This document shows, one piece after another, positions 46,098 through 57,500 of a stretch of DNA of 64,000 nucleotides. The stretch lies in IMG/VR virus record IMGVR_UViG_3300027734_000045, positions 32,001-96,000 of that record. One strand, 5' to 3'. The position numbers and the translations under genes are program-made. Source of the DNA: a virus. Each line of letters opens with the position of its first letter. Position 1 is the stretch's first letter. The notes under the pieces were generated by a model. The model was not told the origin of the DNA. It did no database searches and saw nothing but the letters and a program-made list of their open reading frames with translations.

Positions 46098-47195
46098 ATG
46101 ACAGCTCTATGGGTAACACCGGCCGAACTTGGTCAATACGCTAACACCGAGTTTGCTCAGGAAGCCTGCGAGGCCGCTTCGTACCTACTCTGGGGAATGT
46201 CCGGTAGAAAATACACCGGAGTAACCACCGTCACCGAGAAATACGTTTGCGCGAAGCGCGCGTATCGCATCGGCGCGTCCTCTAAAAATTACTACGCCGC
46301 TCTTATCTCCGGCGAGGTATACAACATCCCAATCTCTGACTTCGACCAGTACGCCGAACTTGTCGCTGACGGGCTATCTCCAGAGTCTAGAGTTAGACTA
46401 CGCGGAAGACCGGTCACGCAGATACATGCGATTAGAACTCGAGACGGTAAAATCGTAGACCCGAGCGGGTACTACTTAGTAGACCACTCAACAATCCAAG
46501 CCTCCTCAGGCGTGCCGTGGACTCCGTGTAACATAGAGGTCACCTATTCGTACGGCAGCGAGGTTCCAGCCGCTGGAAAAATGGCCGCTCGCACGCTGGC
46601 ACTAGAATTTGCAAAGCTCTGGGCAGGAGACGATGACTGCATGCTTCCACAGCGTATTACGTCTATCTCTCGTCAAGGAGTCTCCTACACGCTGCTCGAC
46701 AGCCAGGACTTTATCGCAGAGCTACGGACAGGTCTTTACGCCATTGACTTGTTTTTAAAGACCGTAAACCCCGATGGAGCTAAGTCCCGTGCAAGAGTCT
46801 TTTCTCCAGATGTTCCACGGGCGCGTAGGTACACTCCAAAGAGTCCTGTTCTTGCGGCTAGCTCTTTGCTTGACATCGTCATAATCAAGGACAACACGGC
46901 TAACTACTCTACGGTCGGCAAGGGACTAGACACGACTATCTTTGTCGACGAGCCAGGCTGGTCTCCAAAAGTTGTAGTGCACAACTGGAGTGGCACCAAG
47001 TCCGTGCAACTACCAGGCGCATTAGTCGGCGCGTCTGACGTATCTTTTTCAATCGACTATAAGAACGCGTTGTCTATTCTTGGAATGGTCGACCCGGGAA
47101 CCTGGACGCTATACGCAACTAAGATTGTCGGCGGAGTCGAGAGTCTAGTAGAATTAGCTACAGGAAATCTAAAAATCCAGTTATACACCACCTAA
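46098..47195 (+). CDS. Head-to-tail adaptor
   Basis: AASYLLWGMSGRKY...VTYSYG..P...LALEF...LPQRITSISRQGVS...TGL..IDLF...VNP. Confidence 0.75.
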   Translation: MTALWVTPAELGQYANTEFAQEACEAASYLLWGMSGRKYTGVTTVTEKYVCAKRAYRIGASSKNYYAALISGEVYNIPISDFDQYAELVADGLSPESRVRLRGRPVTQIHAIRTRDGKIVDPSGYYLVDHSTIQASSGVPWTPCNIEVTYSYGSEVPAAGKMAARTLALEFAKLWAGDDDCMLPQRITSISRQGVSYTLLDSQDFIAELRTGLYAIDLFLKTVNPDGAKSRARVFSPDVPRARRYTPKSPVLAASSLLDIVIIKDNTANYSTVGKGLDTTIFVDEPGWSPKVVVHNWSGTKSVQLPGALVGASDVSFSIDYKNALSILGMVDPGTWTLYATKIVGGVESLVELATGNLKIQLYTT

Positions 47196-47211
47196 CAAAG
47201 AAAGAGTAATC

Positions 47212-47448
47212 ATGACAGTATACCAAACTAACTTTACTGCTGACGACGTTATCTACGTTGAAAACGGAGTAGTTGTCGCTGTTGGCCAGCAGAAGGTAGA
47301 AGAGCCTAAGGTTGTAGAAGAGCCTAAGGTTGCAAAAAAGGCTGAGGTTGTTGAAGAGCCAGAGGTTGTAGAACCTGAGGTTGTTGAAGAGCCAGAGGTT
47401 GTAGAACCTGAGGTTGTTGAAGAGGCAGTGTCAGAAGACGCTGAATAG
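47212..47448 (+). CDS. Small acidic protein with (VVEEP) repeats
   Basis: Low-complexity Glu/Val/Pro; 33-bp DNA duplication at 47344-47409. Confidence 0.6.
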   Translation: MTVYQTNFTADDVIYVENGVVVAVGQQKVEEPKVVEEPKVAKKAEVVEEPEVVEPEVVEEPEVVEPEVVEEAVSEDAE

Positions 47449-47450
47449 CA

Positions 47451-47957
47451 TTGAGCCTGCCTGTAAACTTAGCTGACGTTTCGGTAGACGCCTTACATCT
47501 AAAAAACATGATGGATGGCGTCATCGAGCGCGTCTGCTCTATCTACCAATCGTACAACGTCCCACTTCCAAATAAGAAATACTGGACGATGGGAACGCCG
47601 GTTATAGACTGTGAACAGGTAGTTGCCTCATTTAGCCAGTTGTATTTAGGCGCGCCGGGAGACCAGGCCTCAGAGCCACAGCGCTGTAACGTGCCAAGAA
47701 CTGTCACAATGACCGTAAGTATCGCTAGATCGTTTCCTACGTCTGGTCAAAACGGACGACCTCCGTCTGCTGAGACTATAGAAAAGGCGTCATCTCTATC
47801 TGCGATAGACGCTTGGATTCTCATAGAATCTGTTCGTCTCTTTGACATGTGGGACGACAGCACCTTTGGCCCTGGAGTAATTGCAACTGTCGACGTGGCA
47901 GAGCCTACCGGTGGAATCCAGTTAGTAAATATGCAGCTAACTATGGCGGTTCCATAA
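47451..47957 (+). CDS. Putative tail terminator/neck protein
   Basis: Position and size; DCEQ...P.GG motif. Confidence 0.55.
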   Translation: MSLPVNLADVSVDALHLKNMMDGVIERVCSIYQSYNVPLPNKKYWTMGTPVIDCEQVVASFSQLYLGAPGDQASEPQRCNVPRTVTMTVSIARSFPTSGQNGRPPSAETIEKASSLSAIDAWILIESVRLFDMWDDSTFGPGVIATVDVAEPTGGIQLVNMQLTMAVP

Positions 47958-48376
47958 TGGCTATTCAGGTAGAAAAAATAGGCAATTTCAAAAAGAATCA
48001 GCCGGCGTTCGACAACTTTTTCAACGAGCCTGCCGGGCAGACCGGAAGATTTATACACAAGAGAATCACTAAAAAGATTCTTGTAGGCGCTAAGGGCAAG
48101 GTCGGCGTAAAGTCTGGAGCTCTTAGACAAAGCATTCGTCCAACACACATTAGAATTCCTGCCGGACAGTTTGTCATAATCGGCTCTGGGCTAGACTACG
48201 CGTACCTACATCACGAAGGAACACGGCCACATCTTATAGTGCCTAACCAGGCTAAAATGCTGCGTTTCGTTTCCCATGGAAGAATGGTGCACACGCGGAT
48301 TGTACGCCACCCTGGAACAAGACCAAACCACTATCTAACACTTCCAATGCTAGAGGCTCTTTGGGGCATAAGGTAA
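47957..48376 (+). CDS. Neck/tail completion protein (HK97 gp10-like); start revised to 47957
   Basis: VKSGALRQSI...YAYLHHEGTRPH.I.P...LRF...V.HPGT.PN; TAATG coupling. Confidence 0.75.
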   Translation: MAIQVEKIGNFKKNQPAFDNFFNEPAGQTGRFIHKRITKKILVGAKGKVGVKSGALRQSIRPTHIRIPAGQFVIIGSGLDYAYLHHEGTRPHLIVPNQAKMLRFVSHGRMVHTRIVRHPGTRPNHYLTLPMLEALWGIR

Positions 48377-48474
48377 TAAGTCACCTTTGCTGTACGATGG
48401 TACAATCGTTTAGGGACAACACCCATATCCAAATACCGTAACACACACCCTATACAGCAGATTGGAAAACGCTA

Positions 48475-48816
48475 ATGACAGCAAATAGATTCAAAGACTT
48501 TGGCTCTGGAGTATCAGACATCACAAAGGAACCTCTTGTATTTAAGCTCTATGGAGAAGAATACAGATGCATGCCTAACGTTCAAGGAAAAGTTATGCTA
48601 GAACTTGTGGCCGACTCTTCCTCTGAGGACCCAGCGGTCTCAGCAAGAACACTTGCAACATTTTTTAGCAAGGTACTTTTAAAGGAAGACCTTGAAAAGT
48701 TTAACGAGCTTCTCGACAGTCAGGACAAGATTGTCTCAGTTGAGACTCTAAGCGAAATCAGTGCTTGGCTTATTGAACAGTACACTTCACGCCCAAATCA
48801 GCAGCCAGAGGTTTAG
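48475..48816 (+). CDS. Tail assembly chaperone (G)
   Basis: Upstream of tape measure; slippery C CCA AAT at 48792-48798. Confidence 0.8.
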   Translation: MTANRFKDFGSGVSDITKEPLVFKLYGEEYRCMPNVQGKVMLELVADSSSEDPAVSARTLATFFSKVLLKEDLEKFNELLDSQDKIVSVETLSEISAWLIEQYTSRPNQQPEV

Positions 48817-49223
48817 CAGGCTGGGCAATAGACCTCTGGCACATAGTTAACGGAAGAGCACTAGTGAATGGCCTTAGATTAGCGGACATGGATGCCGCAG
48901 ACATGCTAGATGTCATTCACTACTTCTTCGACCAGGACATAAACTACGCATCGGGCGAGCAGGCGGAGGCGCACTCTCAGGTGCGTTCCGCTATGTATAA
49001 GGATTTATACAACATAGAGTACAAGTATGGAGTTAGCAGTAAGAACTCCAACAAGTACAGTTCTACTACATACGTAGCTGACTTCGACCTAGAGGAAGAA
49101 GAGCTAAAGCCTGTAGACCCAGTGAAAAAAGCAAGAGAAGTAAAGCCATACGTTGCTCCTACTACGGTCGACGTAGATGGAAAGCGCCCCTTTGGCTCGA
49201 TGCTAGACGCGCCATTAGCTTAG
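48792..49223 (+). CDS. Tail assembly chaperone -1 frameshift extension (GT)
   Basis: -1 frame open from CCCAAAT through track ORF 48864-49223. Confidence 0.75.
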   Translation, partial: PKSAARGLAGWAIDLWHIVNGRALVNGLRLADMDAADMLDVIHYFFDQDINYASGEQAEAHSQVRSAMYKDLYNIEYKYGVSSKNSNKYSSTTYVADFDLEEEELKPVDPVKKAREVKPYVAPTTVDVDGKRPFGSMLDAPLA

Positions 49224-49241
49224 GTTAGGAGGTGAGATGTA

Positions 49242-52200
49242 GTGGCCGGTAACATAGTCGGTAGTGCTTATGTGCACATTCATGCCATAACCAAAGGCAT
49301 TGGTAGAGAAATTGAAGAAGGTCTAAATAAGACCAAGGTCAACACTACCGGCGCAGGCAACATCGGCAAGAAAATTGGCGACACAGTTTCTAAGAGCATC
49401 AGCGATGGAATGACTGGTGGACTAAACAGAGGAAGCGGACAGGCGCTCGCGGCGCTTCGTAAGACTCAAAATGAGGCTGCTAGAATGCAGCAAAAGTTTA
49501 TTAGCAACGCTAAAAAGGGTCCTAAGTTTCTTGACGCTCTAATCGAGCCAGGCTCTGCGGTATTCCAGGAAGTTAAGCAGGCTAGAGAATCCTTCAATCA
49601 ACTTACCAAGTCCGGTATGAAGATGACAGCTATCATTGGAACTGTAATCACGAGCGTGTCAGACCTAGTCATTGGACTTGGAGCTCTTATCTTTGGTGCC
49701 GCTGCAGCAGCTCCAGCCTTCGTGGCTCTTGCTGGAGTCTTTATTCAATTCAAACTTGGAATGCTTGCCACCAAACTTGCCATGCAGGGAGTTATGGAGG
49801 CTACCGGAGCTCTCTGGAAATCGCAGACCGCGCTGAATGACTCCTTCCGGGCGGCACGTCTTGAATTTAGAAATCTAAAGTTCGAGGCAGAGGGTGCAGC
49901 CTACGCAGAAGAAGGAGCAGCTCTTGCACTGCAGCAGGCTAAAATCGCGTTGCAAAGAGTTCAGGACCTTCCGCCTAATACTCAGGCAAGACGCCAGGCT
50001 GAGCTTGCGTACAAGCAGGCAGACCTATCATATAGACAGGCTATCGACAAAACAAAGGAAGCCACTCGCGCGGTAGATAAGGGTATTACCGCTACTCAGG
50101 CTTACCAGCCATTTGCCTCGCTAACTAAGACACAGCTTGCGTTTACTAAGTTCCTCGTGACTCTCCGTCCAAAGATGCAGGAGCTTCGTGGAATAGCGGC
50201 TGACAGCTTTATTCCTGCACTGCGAGACGGAATCAGCACTCTTGTTAATCGCGACTTTGGAATGTTTAAGACAGGAATTGGAAATCTGTCGAAGGGAATG
50301 TCAGGACTAGTAAAAGGTCTATTTGGCGCCTTTGACGACCCTAAGTTTAAAAAGAGTCTAAGCCAGGTTTTCGCTGGAGCAGGAGATACCTTACCTAAAC
50401 TAGGAAAAACCTTTGGAAACGTATTTAAGCTTATAATGACGTGGGTTTCCGCCGCGCAACCTCTTATCAAAACGTTTAGTACCTGGCTTGAAAAGACCAC
50501 GGGAAATGCGTCTAAGCTATTCCAGTCTAAGAAGGACAGCGGAGAGCTTACTAAGTTCTTTGAAAACGCGGGAGTAGTCGCAGCTAAGCTCGGCGCTATC
50601 ATTAAAAACGTATTTACGATGCTTAACAGCTTTACCAAGGCTAACGCCGGACCAGGCTCTGGCGGGCAAATGCTTCTCGACTGGATAAAGGACGTATCCG
50701 GAAAGTTCGCCGAGTGGACAAAGTCCGCGCCAGGACAAAAGAGCCTGTTCTCCTACTTCAAGGATGGCGCCGCTAACTTCAAGCAGATGTCGCAGACAAT
50801 CGGAAAGTTTATCAAGCCGCTATTCACGATGGCCGGTGACCCAGACATCAAGCAGATGTGGGCAACAATTGGAGAGGCTGCTCCTAACTTTGAAAGTATT
50901 CTAAAGAAGACACGCGAGGCAGCTCCCGCGATGGGAAGACTAGTCAAGCAAATCATTCGAGTAATCGACACCTTCACAGACCCAGGGCAAATCAAGGCGT
51001 TCTTTGACACGTTCACTAAAGCGCTAAAGATGGTTGGAGACTTCTTCAATCAGCCGTGGGTCAAGAGCATTATGACTTGGCTTGGTCCAATAACTGGTGT
51101 CCTGCTTGCGCTAGGAACAATCGGCTCAGTTGGACAAAAAGTCTTTATGGCCTTGGCCGGTCACATACAGGTGTTTGCCTCTCCAATGAAAAAGGCTATT
51201 GGGTACTTTACCGAACTAGATACTGGTATCATGAAGGTTGGAAGACACAGCAAGGCTCTTGACACTCTTGCCGCGCCTTCGGACGCGCGGTTTAGTAAGA
51301 TAGCTCGTGCAGGTAGACGAACTGAGTACATGGCACCTACAAGCAGACGCGCCATCAAGGAAATCACTGGGCAGGGTCTAGCGATTGGCAAGGCAGACGC
51401 GATGGCTGGAATGCCGATGACGTCAGTTCGCGCAGGCAGCAGAAAAGAGCTTAAGGCGTTTAGCCAAGGACAGAGTCTTGCTGCTGGCTCAGGTCCACTA
51501 ACTTACGCTAAGGGAATTCCAGCTACAGACGCAGCCACTACTGGATTCCAAAGAATGGGTATCGCTGCTAAGACCGCGCTGCGTGACATTGGCAAGGGCT
51601 TTGGAGCTCTAGGCGGAATGCTAAAGAGAAACTGGGTAATCCTAGCCATTGCCGCCTTGGTCGTGGCACTTGTTGCGTTGTACAACAAGTCTAAGGACTT
51701 CCGCGACCTTATGAACACCTACATGAACAGTGTAGGCAAGGTTCTTATGAAGACCTTCAAGAGCATCATGATAGCTCTACAGCCGTTGATCGACGCGTTC
51801 ATGGAGCTGTTTGATGCTTTGTTTGGTGGAGAAGGCGGAGGAGGCGGCTTAGTAGGCATGCTTCTGACTGCACTTAAGCCTGTTCTTGGAATAATTATTG
51901 GCGTTATAGCTACAGTGCTTCAAGCAGTGGCTCCACTGATCGTTCTACTGGTCAAGGTGCTAGTTCCAGTTCTAACCTTTATAGTTGACATCATCACCGC
52001 CTTGGTCAACGGAATAAACCTTGTCGTTGGCGGAATACTTTCTATCTTTGGAGTAAAAAACGACATGGGCTCTGTAGATTCAACTAGCAGTCCTGACCTG
52101 ACCGACGTCACCGAGAAAAATAAAGTTGACTGGGCGCAAATAAACAAGGACCAAAAGGAAGCTGCCACTCGTCAAATGGAAGCCGCTAACCAACAGTTAG

Positions 52201-53081
52201 AGGCTGCCAAGGGAACTAAGGACAAGGGAGACGACAAACTAGCGGCAGCGTACGCAAACGCTGTAGAGATGCAAAACGTTCAGAAATCAAGCGCGTTTGA
52301 GCAACTAATTTACTACTTTGAAAAGTCTAAGAGCGAGACCGACCCGACCAAGGTTCGCGCACAGCAGGCTAACATGATTGCTATAGCTAAAAAGATTCCT
52401 TTTGCTACGGCAGACATAAAGCGACTTAGTGGAGCTAAAAACACCGAGGAAGCTGCCTTTGCGGCGTACAAGGCTGCACTGGCCAACTTTAAGAAAAACT
52501 CCACCGATGAAAACGCAAAAGTAGTCGCGCAAAAACGGCTTGTCACCCAAAACGCAAGATCCACCTATCAAGGACTTCGCAGTCAGCTTACCACTAAATA
52601 CGCTAGATACTCTATAGACCCTGCTACCGGAAACATCATAGACAGAGACGCTGGCGGCGCGCCGGTTGACACTGCTTCGACTCCTACCACGTCTTCTTCT
52701 TCACCAACTGGTACAAAAACTAGCACTGCTAAGACCACGACCACGACCACCGCGGTTCCTACCGCTGGTTCTGTTGACTGGACCGCCATAAACGCCCAGT
52801 TGACGACGCAGAACGGCACGCTAGTAAGCATAAAGGAAAACATCGAGGGTGGAAATAGGCTTCTTAAAACTCTAGTCACTCTAGGCAAGGAAGACGCCAT
52901 CAAGCAGACAACTCTAACCACGTTGTACGCTGCTGGATTTGGATTGACCCAGAGTGCATACCCGGTGATTACGATTGGCGGAAAGAGAATGGGAATTTCT
53001 GAAACAAATGCTCTATCCCAGAATGTCCTAGGACTTTCTTACCAGGCCGTTTTAGACAGAACTGATGAGTACGGACGCTAA
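49242..53081 (+). CDS. Tape measure protein
   Basis: Long helical Ala/Lys-rich ORF with hydrophobic segments after chaperones; VGSAYVHI start; SD AGGAGGTGA. Confidence 0.9.
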   Translation: MAGNIVGSAYVHIHAITKGIGREIEEGLNKTKVNTTGAGNIGKKIGDTVSKSISDGMTGGLNRGSGQALAALRKTQNEAARMQQKFISNAKKGPKFLDALIEPGSAVFQEVKQARESFNQLTKSGMKMTAIIGTVITSVSDLVIGLGALIFGAAAAAPAFVALAGVFIQFKLGMLATKLAMQGVMEATGALWKSQTALNDSFRAARLEFRNLKFEAEGAAYAEEGAALALQQAKIALQRVQDLPPNTQARRQAELAYKQADLSYRQAIDKTKEATRAVDKGITATQAYQPFASLTKTQLAFTKFLVTLRPKMQELRGIAADSFIPALRDGISTLVNRDFGMFKTGIGNLSKGMSGLVKGLFGAFDDPKFKKSLSQVFAGAGDTLPKLGKTFGNVFKLIMTWVSAAQPLIKTFSTWLEKTTGNASKLFQSKKDSGELTKFFENAGVVAAKLGAIIKNVFTMLNSFTKANAGPGSGGQMLLDWIKDVSGKFAEWTKSAPGQKSLFSYFKDGAANFKQMSQTIGKFIKPLFTMAGDPDIKQMWATIGEAAPNFESILKKTREAAPAMGRLVKQIIRVIDTFTDPGQIKAFFDTFTKALKMVGDFFNQPWVKSIMTWLGPITGVLLALGTIGSVGQKVFMALAGHIQVFASPMKKAIGYFTELDTGIMKVGRHSKALDTLAAPSDARFSKIARAGRRTEYMAPTSRRAIKEITGQGLAIGKADAMAGMPMTSVRAGSRKELKAFSQGQSLAAGSGPLTYAKGIPATDAATTGFQRMGIAAKTALRDIGKGFGALGGMLKRNWVILAIAALVVALVALYNKSKDFRDLMNTYMNSVGKVLMKTFKSIMIALQPLIDAFMELFDALFGGEGGGGGLVGMLLTALKPVLGIIIGVIATVLQAVAPLIVLLVKVLVPVLTFIVDIITALVNGINLVVGGILSIFGVKNDMGSVDSTSSPDLTDVTEKNKVDWAQINKDQKEAATRQMEAANQQLEAAKGTKDKGDDKLAAAYANAVEMQNVQKSSAFEQLIYYFEKSKSETDPTKVRAQQANMIAIAKKIPFATADIKRLSGAKNTEEAAFAAYKAALANFKKNSTDENAKVVAQKRLVTQNARSTYQGLRSQLTTKYARYSIDPATGNIIDRDAGGAPVDTASTPTTSSSSPTGTKTSTAKTTTTTTAVPTAGSVDWTAINAQLTTQNGTLVSIKENIEGGNRLLKTLVTLGKEDAIKQTTLTTLYAAGFGLTQSAYPVITIGGKRMGISETNALSQNVLGLSYQAVLDRTDEYGR

Positions 53082-54475
53082 TGCCAACTAACCTACTGAC
53101 TAATTCAAGTTTCGACGTCGACGCTGCGGGGTGGACGGCGCTAAACTCTACTATAGCCCGCGTAACTACTCCAGCTCCAAAGAGTGGCGCGGGCTGTCTA
53201 AGCGTGACCAAGCAGGCAGCAGCTAACACCGGCTTCGCGCTTACTAACAAGATAGCGCTTGCCTCGGCTCAAACTAACCCGGCCGACCCTACTCGAGTCT
53301 ACGGCTTTACTGGAAATCTTTTGGTAAATCAGGTCGGGCACTCGTGCACGCTAAACATCTACATAAGATGGTACGATGCGTCTAACACTCTAGTTGTCTC
53401 AACCACGCGCTCAGTCATAAACATCTACGCTGGCAGAGGCTGGGTGCCATTTGCTATGTACGCGACTGCTCCTGTCACGGCAACACAGGCCACGGTTGAG
53501 ATTTCACAAGCAGACGCTCCATCAAACGGAGACATCTTCTACGCTGACGAGCTAAGTTTCTTCGCGCTAACACAGAGTCAAAAGACCGAGATAGTTAACG
53601 AAGTAATCGCGCCGCTGCCAACGTCTATTCAAAACCGTCACCTTACTGGACCTCAGTTAAAGGCCGACATCTCCTTTGCAGGGCTTACTTTAAATACGAT
53701 AGACGCGAGCAACGTAGTGTGGGTCTGCACTGACATGGTTGGCTGGTGGGGAATGTCAGACATCGAACTACCTGACATTCCGCGTGGTCTAGAAGACGGT
53801 TCCTTTGATTCGAATCCAAGAAGACTTGCTAGACAGATTAGCCTTACAGGCTCGTTCCTGCCACGTGACGCGAGCTACGTGGATGACGCTAAGTCTAACT
53901 TATTTAGGGCGATAAACGCAGCCCACGGTGGAGCCTGGCTCATAGTCGACGAGCAGCCGACCAAGGCTGCGTACGTAAGACTTGCCGCTAAGCCAGTTCT
54001 TACAAACATGACAGCTCGTGGAAAGCATAACTTCGAGATTCCACTTAGAGCTCCAGACCCTATAAAGTACAGCTGGAACTACGCCGATAAGCTTGGCTAC
54101 GAGTCAGTCTCTAGCACAGCTCCAGCGACTGCTATTCCAATAAACAATCTTGGAAACATAGCCGTTGGCGCTGTCTTTACTATAACTGGTCCTGCGCCTA
54201 TAGGCGCCTTCGTGACCTGCGTGTTTGACAACGACAGCGTGTCGACTACTGAAACAATTACCCTCGTCAAAGCGCTAACTGCGGGGCAAAACTTGGTTAT
54301 AGATACCTATGCTAAGAGTATAACTCTAGATGGTGCTACCGCTGGAGCAAGAGCGTACGTGTCCACTACCTTTGACTGGATAAAGCTACGACCTGGACAG
54401 AATAGTCTGCAGCTAACTAGCTCCGACAGCGGCGCTAGACTTGCGATTAAGTATCGCTCTGGCTGGACCGGATAA
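53081..54475 (+). CDS. Distal tail (Dit-like) protein with N-terminal carbohydrate-binding-like domain
   Basis: NLLTNSSFD...GW N-terminus; GWWG...LRAPDPIKY...LRPGQN...YRSGW. Confidence 0.75.
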   Translation: MPTNLLTNSSFDVDAAGWTALNSTIARVTTPAPKSGAGCLSVTKQAAANTGFALTNKIALASAQTNPADPTRVYGFTGNLLVNQVGHSCTLNIYIRWYDASNTLVVSTTRSVINIYAGRGWVPFAMYATAPVTATQATVEISQADAPSNGDIFYADELSFFALTQSQKTEIVNEVIAPLPTSIQNRHLTGPQLKADISFAGLTLNTIDASNVVWVCTDMVGWWGMSDIELPDIPRGLEDGSFDSNPRRLARQISLTGSFLPRDASYVDDAKSNLFRAINAAHGGAWLIVDEQPTKAAYVRLAAKPVLTNMTARGKHNFEIPLRAPDPIKYSWNYADKLGYESVSSTAPATAIPINNLGNIAVGAVFTITGPAPIGAFVTCVFDNDSVSTTETITLVKALTAGQNLVIDTYAKSITLDGATAGARAYVSTTFDWIKLRPGQNSLQLTSSDSGARLAIKYRSGWTG

Positions 54476-54516
54476 AATATAACTTGACCATGAAAGACGA
54501 TTAGACGGAGATTTAC

Positions 54517-57500
54517 ATGAGCGTTGACACTCCAAAGTATCGATACCTTGTCGCCAATTTTATTACTGGTGAAGTTCTATTAGAGCTACAACTAACAAAC
54601 GTATCGTTTGGTAGAAACCTAAAGTCTCCAGGACCGTTTTCTGGAACCATTCCAGTTCTGCCTGGAACAAACGTATCTGAGCTGTATAACGCGACTATGC
54701 CTGGTAAGACAGCGCTATACGTATTGCGAAATAACGCCGTTGTGTGGGGAGGGTTGCTTTGGACTCGAGAGTACAACATCTTTGAAAGAATAATTTCTCT
54801 AACTGGTTTGGAGTTTCCTAGCTATCTAAACCGAAGACTTATCTGGAAAACCTACTCATTTAGCTATAATTCAAGAGTGATTAGAGACTACACAGACGCC
54901 AGCGGAAAGGCACGCGTAGTTGTTGACAAAAACGACTCGCATGGTTTCATGCCTGGTGACTCAATAAATCTGCAGTACGACGGTGCGGCTATCTACTACA
55001 AGTACGACAATTTTAAGCTAAAGGTCTTAGCGGACCCTGTGCCAGTGAACGACGTAATTTATGAGTCACAGGTTGTCGTGCCAAACGTTACGTCAACTAA
55101 GTACTCATACAACAAGGGGTATAAAAAGGTAGTTGCAGAGATAGTCCTAAACGACGACCCGACTCTTCTTGCCAATCAGTGGTTCACAGTTTCTAATGTC
55201 TCTGAGTTCTACAATGGCAGCTACAGATGTATAGCCAGTCCGGGAGACGGAGATGACGTACCATACTCGGTAATCTACGACATCGGGAAAAAAGACACTA
55301 AGATAGCCATAAATAAGATAGTCACCTCTAAAACCAGCGTGGCAGCTGACAGAACTGTGACGTTCTTTTTAGATACTAAGCACGTTCACTTCTTTACAAC
55401 TGGCACAGCCGTAAACATAACTGGCTTCGCTGGAAGCTGCATCGCTGGAACTGCAAGTGAACTAAATCTGTACAACGGAGTCTACGTGGTCACAAGCGTG
55501 GACTACGTGGGAAACAAGTTTACCGCTAAGGCTCCGACCGGCGCGGTGAACAACAAGACCTATACTAAATACAAGGTAGTAAATGGCAAGACGGTGACCA
55601 ATCTTGCAGCCTCTAGCTCCTTTGGCGAGGTAGACATAGTCAAGCCAACAAGCAAAACGTTTACAACAGTCGTGGTGAGCCAGAGCGGCGGATTTGACAA
55701 CTACGTGCTTACTCTAAACAACGTTACCGACCTCTACGTAGGGCAGTACGTGCAGCTCGCGGGAGTGCTGAACCAAGTTCCGCTCGGAGGAACTGGAACC
55801 TTTGACCTTGGAGACCTAAACGAGCAAGGGCTAATCGGCGACGCAGACGTGCTTCCGATAATCACAAACGTAGACTCCGTAAATAGCAAGGTCACGGTAA
55901 AGAACCAAGGTCTGTCGTACTCTCCTACGTTAGGAACGTACAGCGGCGCTAACGTGACGGGGTCAGAGCTGACGCCATACATTCTAAGACCTACGTTAGT
56001 CGACCTAAACGTGCCAAAGAACGCTATCTCGTCTTTAGTCACTACGGCTACAACCTTCTGGGTGCAGTCAAGATACAAGATAACTGCGTGCAAGATCGAC
56101 AAGACTGGAACTGTAACTGCTACGCTAGATACTGCAAATCACAGTCTTATTCAGGGAGCAGGCTTTTACGTCTACGGGCTAACAGGTAGCACCACGACTC
56201 AAAAGAACTACGCCGGCTACGTAAATAACAACGGATGGGATAGCACCGACTCCGTAAAGGCCGTAGGATACACGGTCCTGGACATAGGAAAAAATTCTCA
56301 AAAGAACGTCATAAAGTTCAAGGTTGCCGGAGACCAGAACGATAAAATAACCACCGCCGTCGCGCTGCCTGCTCAAACGACTGCGTATCTAGAGGTCTTT
56401 CCAAACACGGTGCAAACAAGTAAGTTCTGGGGTTCACCAGATGGCTCGCTTAGCGCTACCGTTTTGGTTGGCGTAAATAGCTACGAGTACGTAAGAGAGT
56501 TGCTGCGCAACGTGCTCGAGGACTTTCAGTCTTATCGCTTTGCGAACAACCAGATTGAGCCTGGAGTCACTCTGACCCAGACCGGCATCGTTGGCTATGA
56601 TACCACTACTGCAAGCGGAGGTCGCGTAAAGGTTGTGCTCACCTTAGACGCTCCAAGTAAGCTTATAGTTGGAGAAAAGTTTAGAGTACTCAACGTTGGA
56701 ACTGCGGAAGGTAATTTAGTTAGCGGGTTCTACACGGTGTCAGAGGTAAGCAACGATCTAGAGACCGAGGTATACACGGTATCCTACTACGTAGCCGCAA
56801 GCGAGGTTAGCTCGCCAGATGCGACGTACGAACTGGCTGAGACGCGCTTGTTCCCTAGGTACAAGAAAATCTCTTGGGATGGAAAACTAAAAAAGACACA
56901 GTGCACTATACGAGTGTATAACCCAGACGCCGTGACTGACCTAATCTCAGACCTCTACACCAACATTTCTCTGAACATTGGAGACTACATAACCGCTAAA
57001 AGTATAGACCTGCCTAACAGTGGCTCTCTCCTATACGACACAAACGCGGCAAAGATAACACGCCTAGTCTGGAAGAATAGTGGCGCAATTTCTAGCAAGT
57101 ACGTAGAAGTGACCTATAACTCGCCAGCTCAAAGCGTGAAAGGAAAGCAGCCAGAGGGCGTGCAGGCTGAAACAAGTAAGAGCATTCAATTTGACTACCT
57201 AAAATACGCAGTCAGCGGTGGAGTTGCGACCGTGACGTTGTACGTTCCTGGAAACTATAACCTGACCGACAACACCATAGGACTTAGAGAAGGTGACGTA
57301 GTTAACCTGAGTGTCACGACTGAAAAGGGCAAGACAAACTCTAACTCAGCGTATGACACCACTAAAAAGAAACGCGCTATAGTTATTTCAACAACTGATT
57401 CGATGAGAAGTAAGTCAGTGGACAATCCAGACAAAAAGAGCACTGACAAAAAAATTACAAGAACCGAGGTAGTGCTACAGTACGAAGAAGTTCTTGCCAC

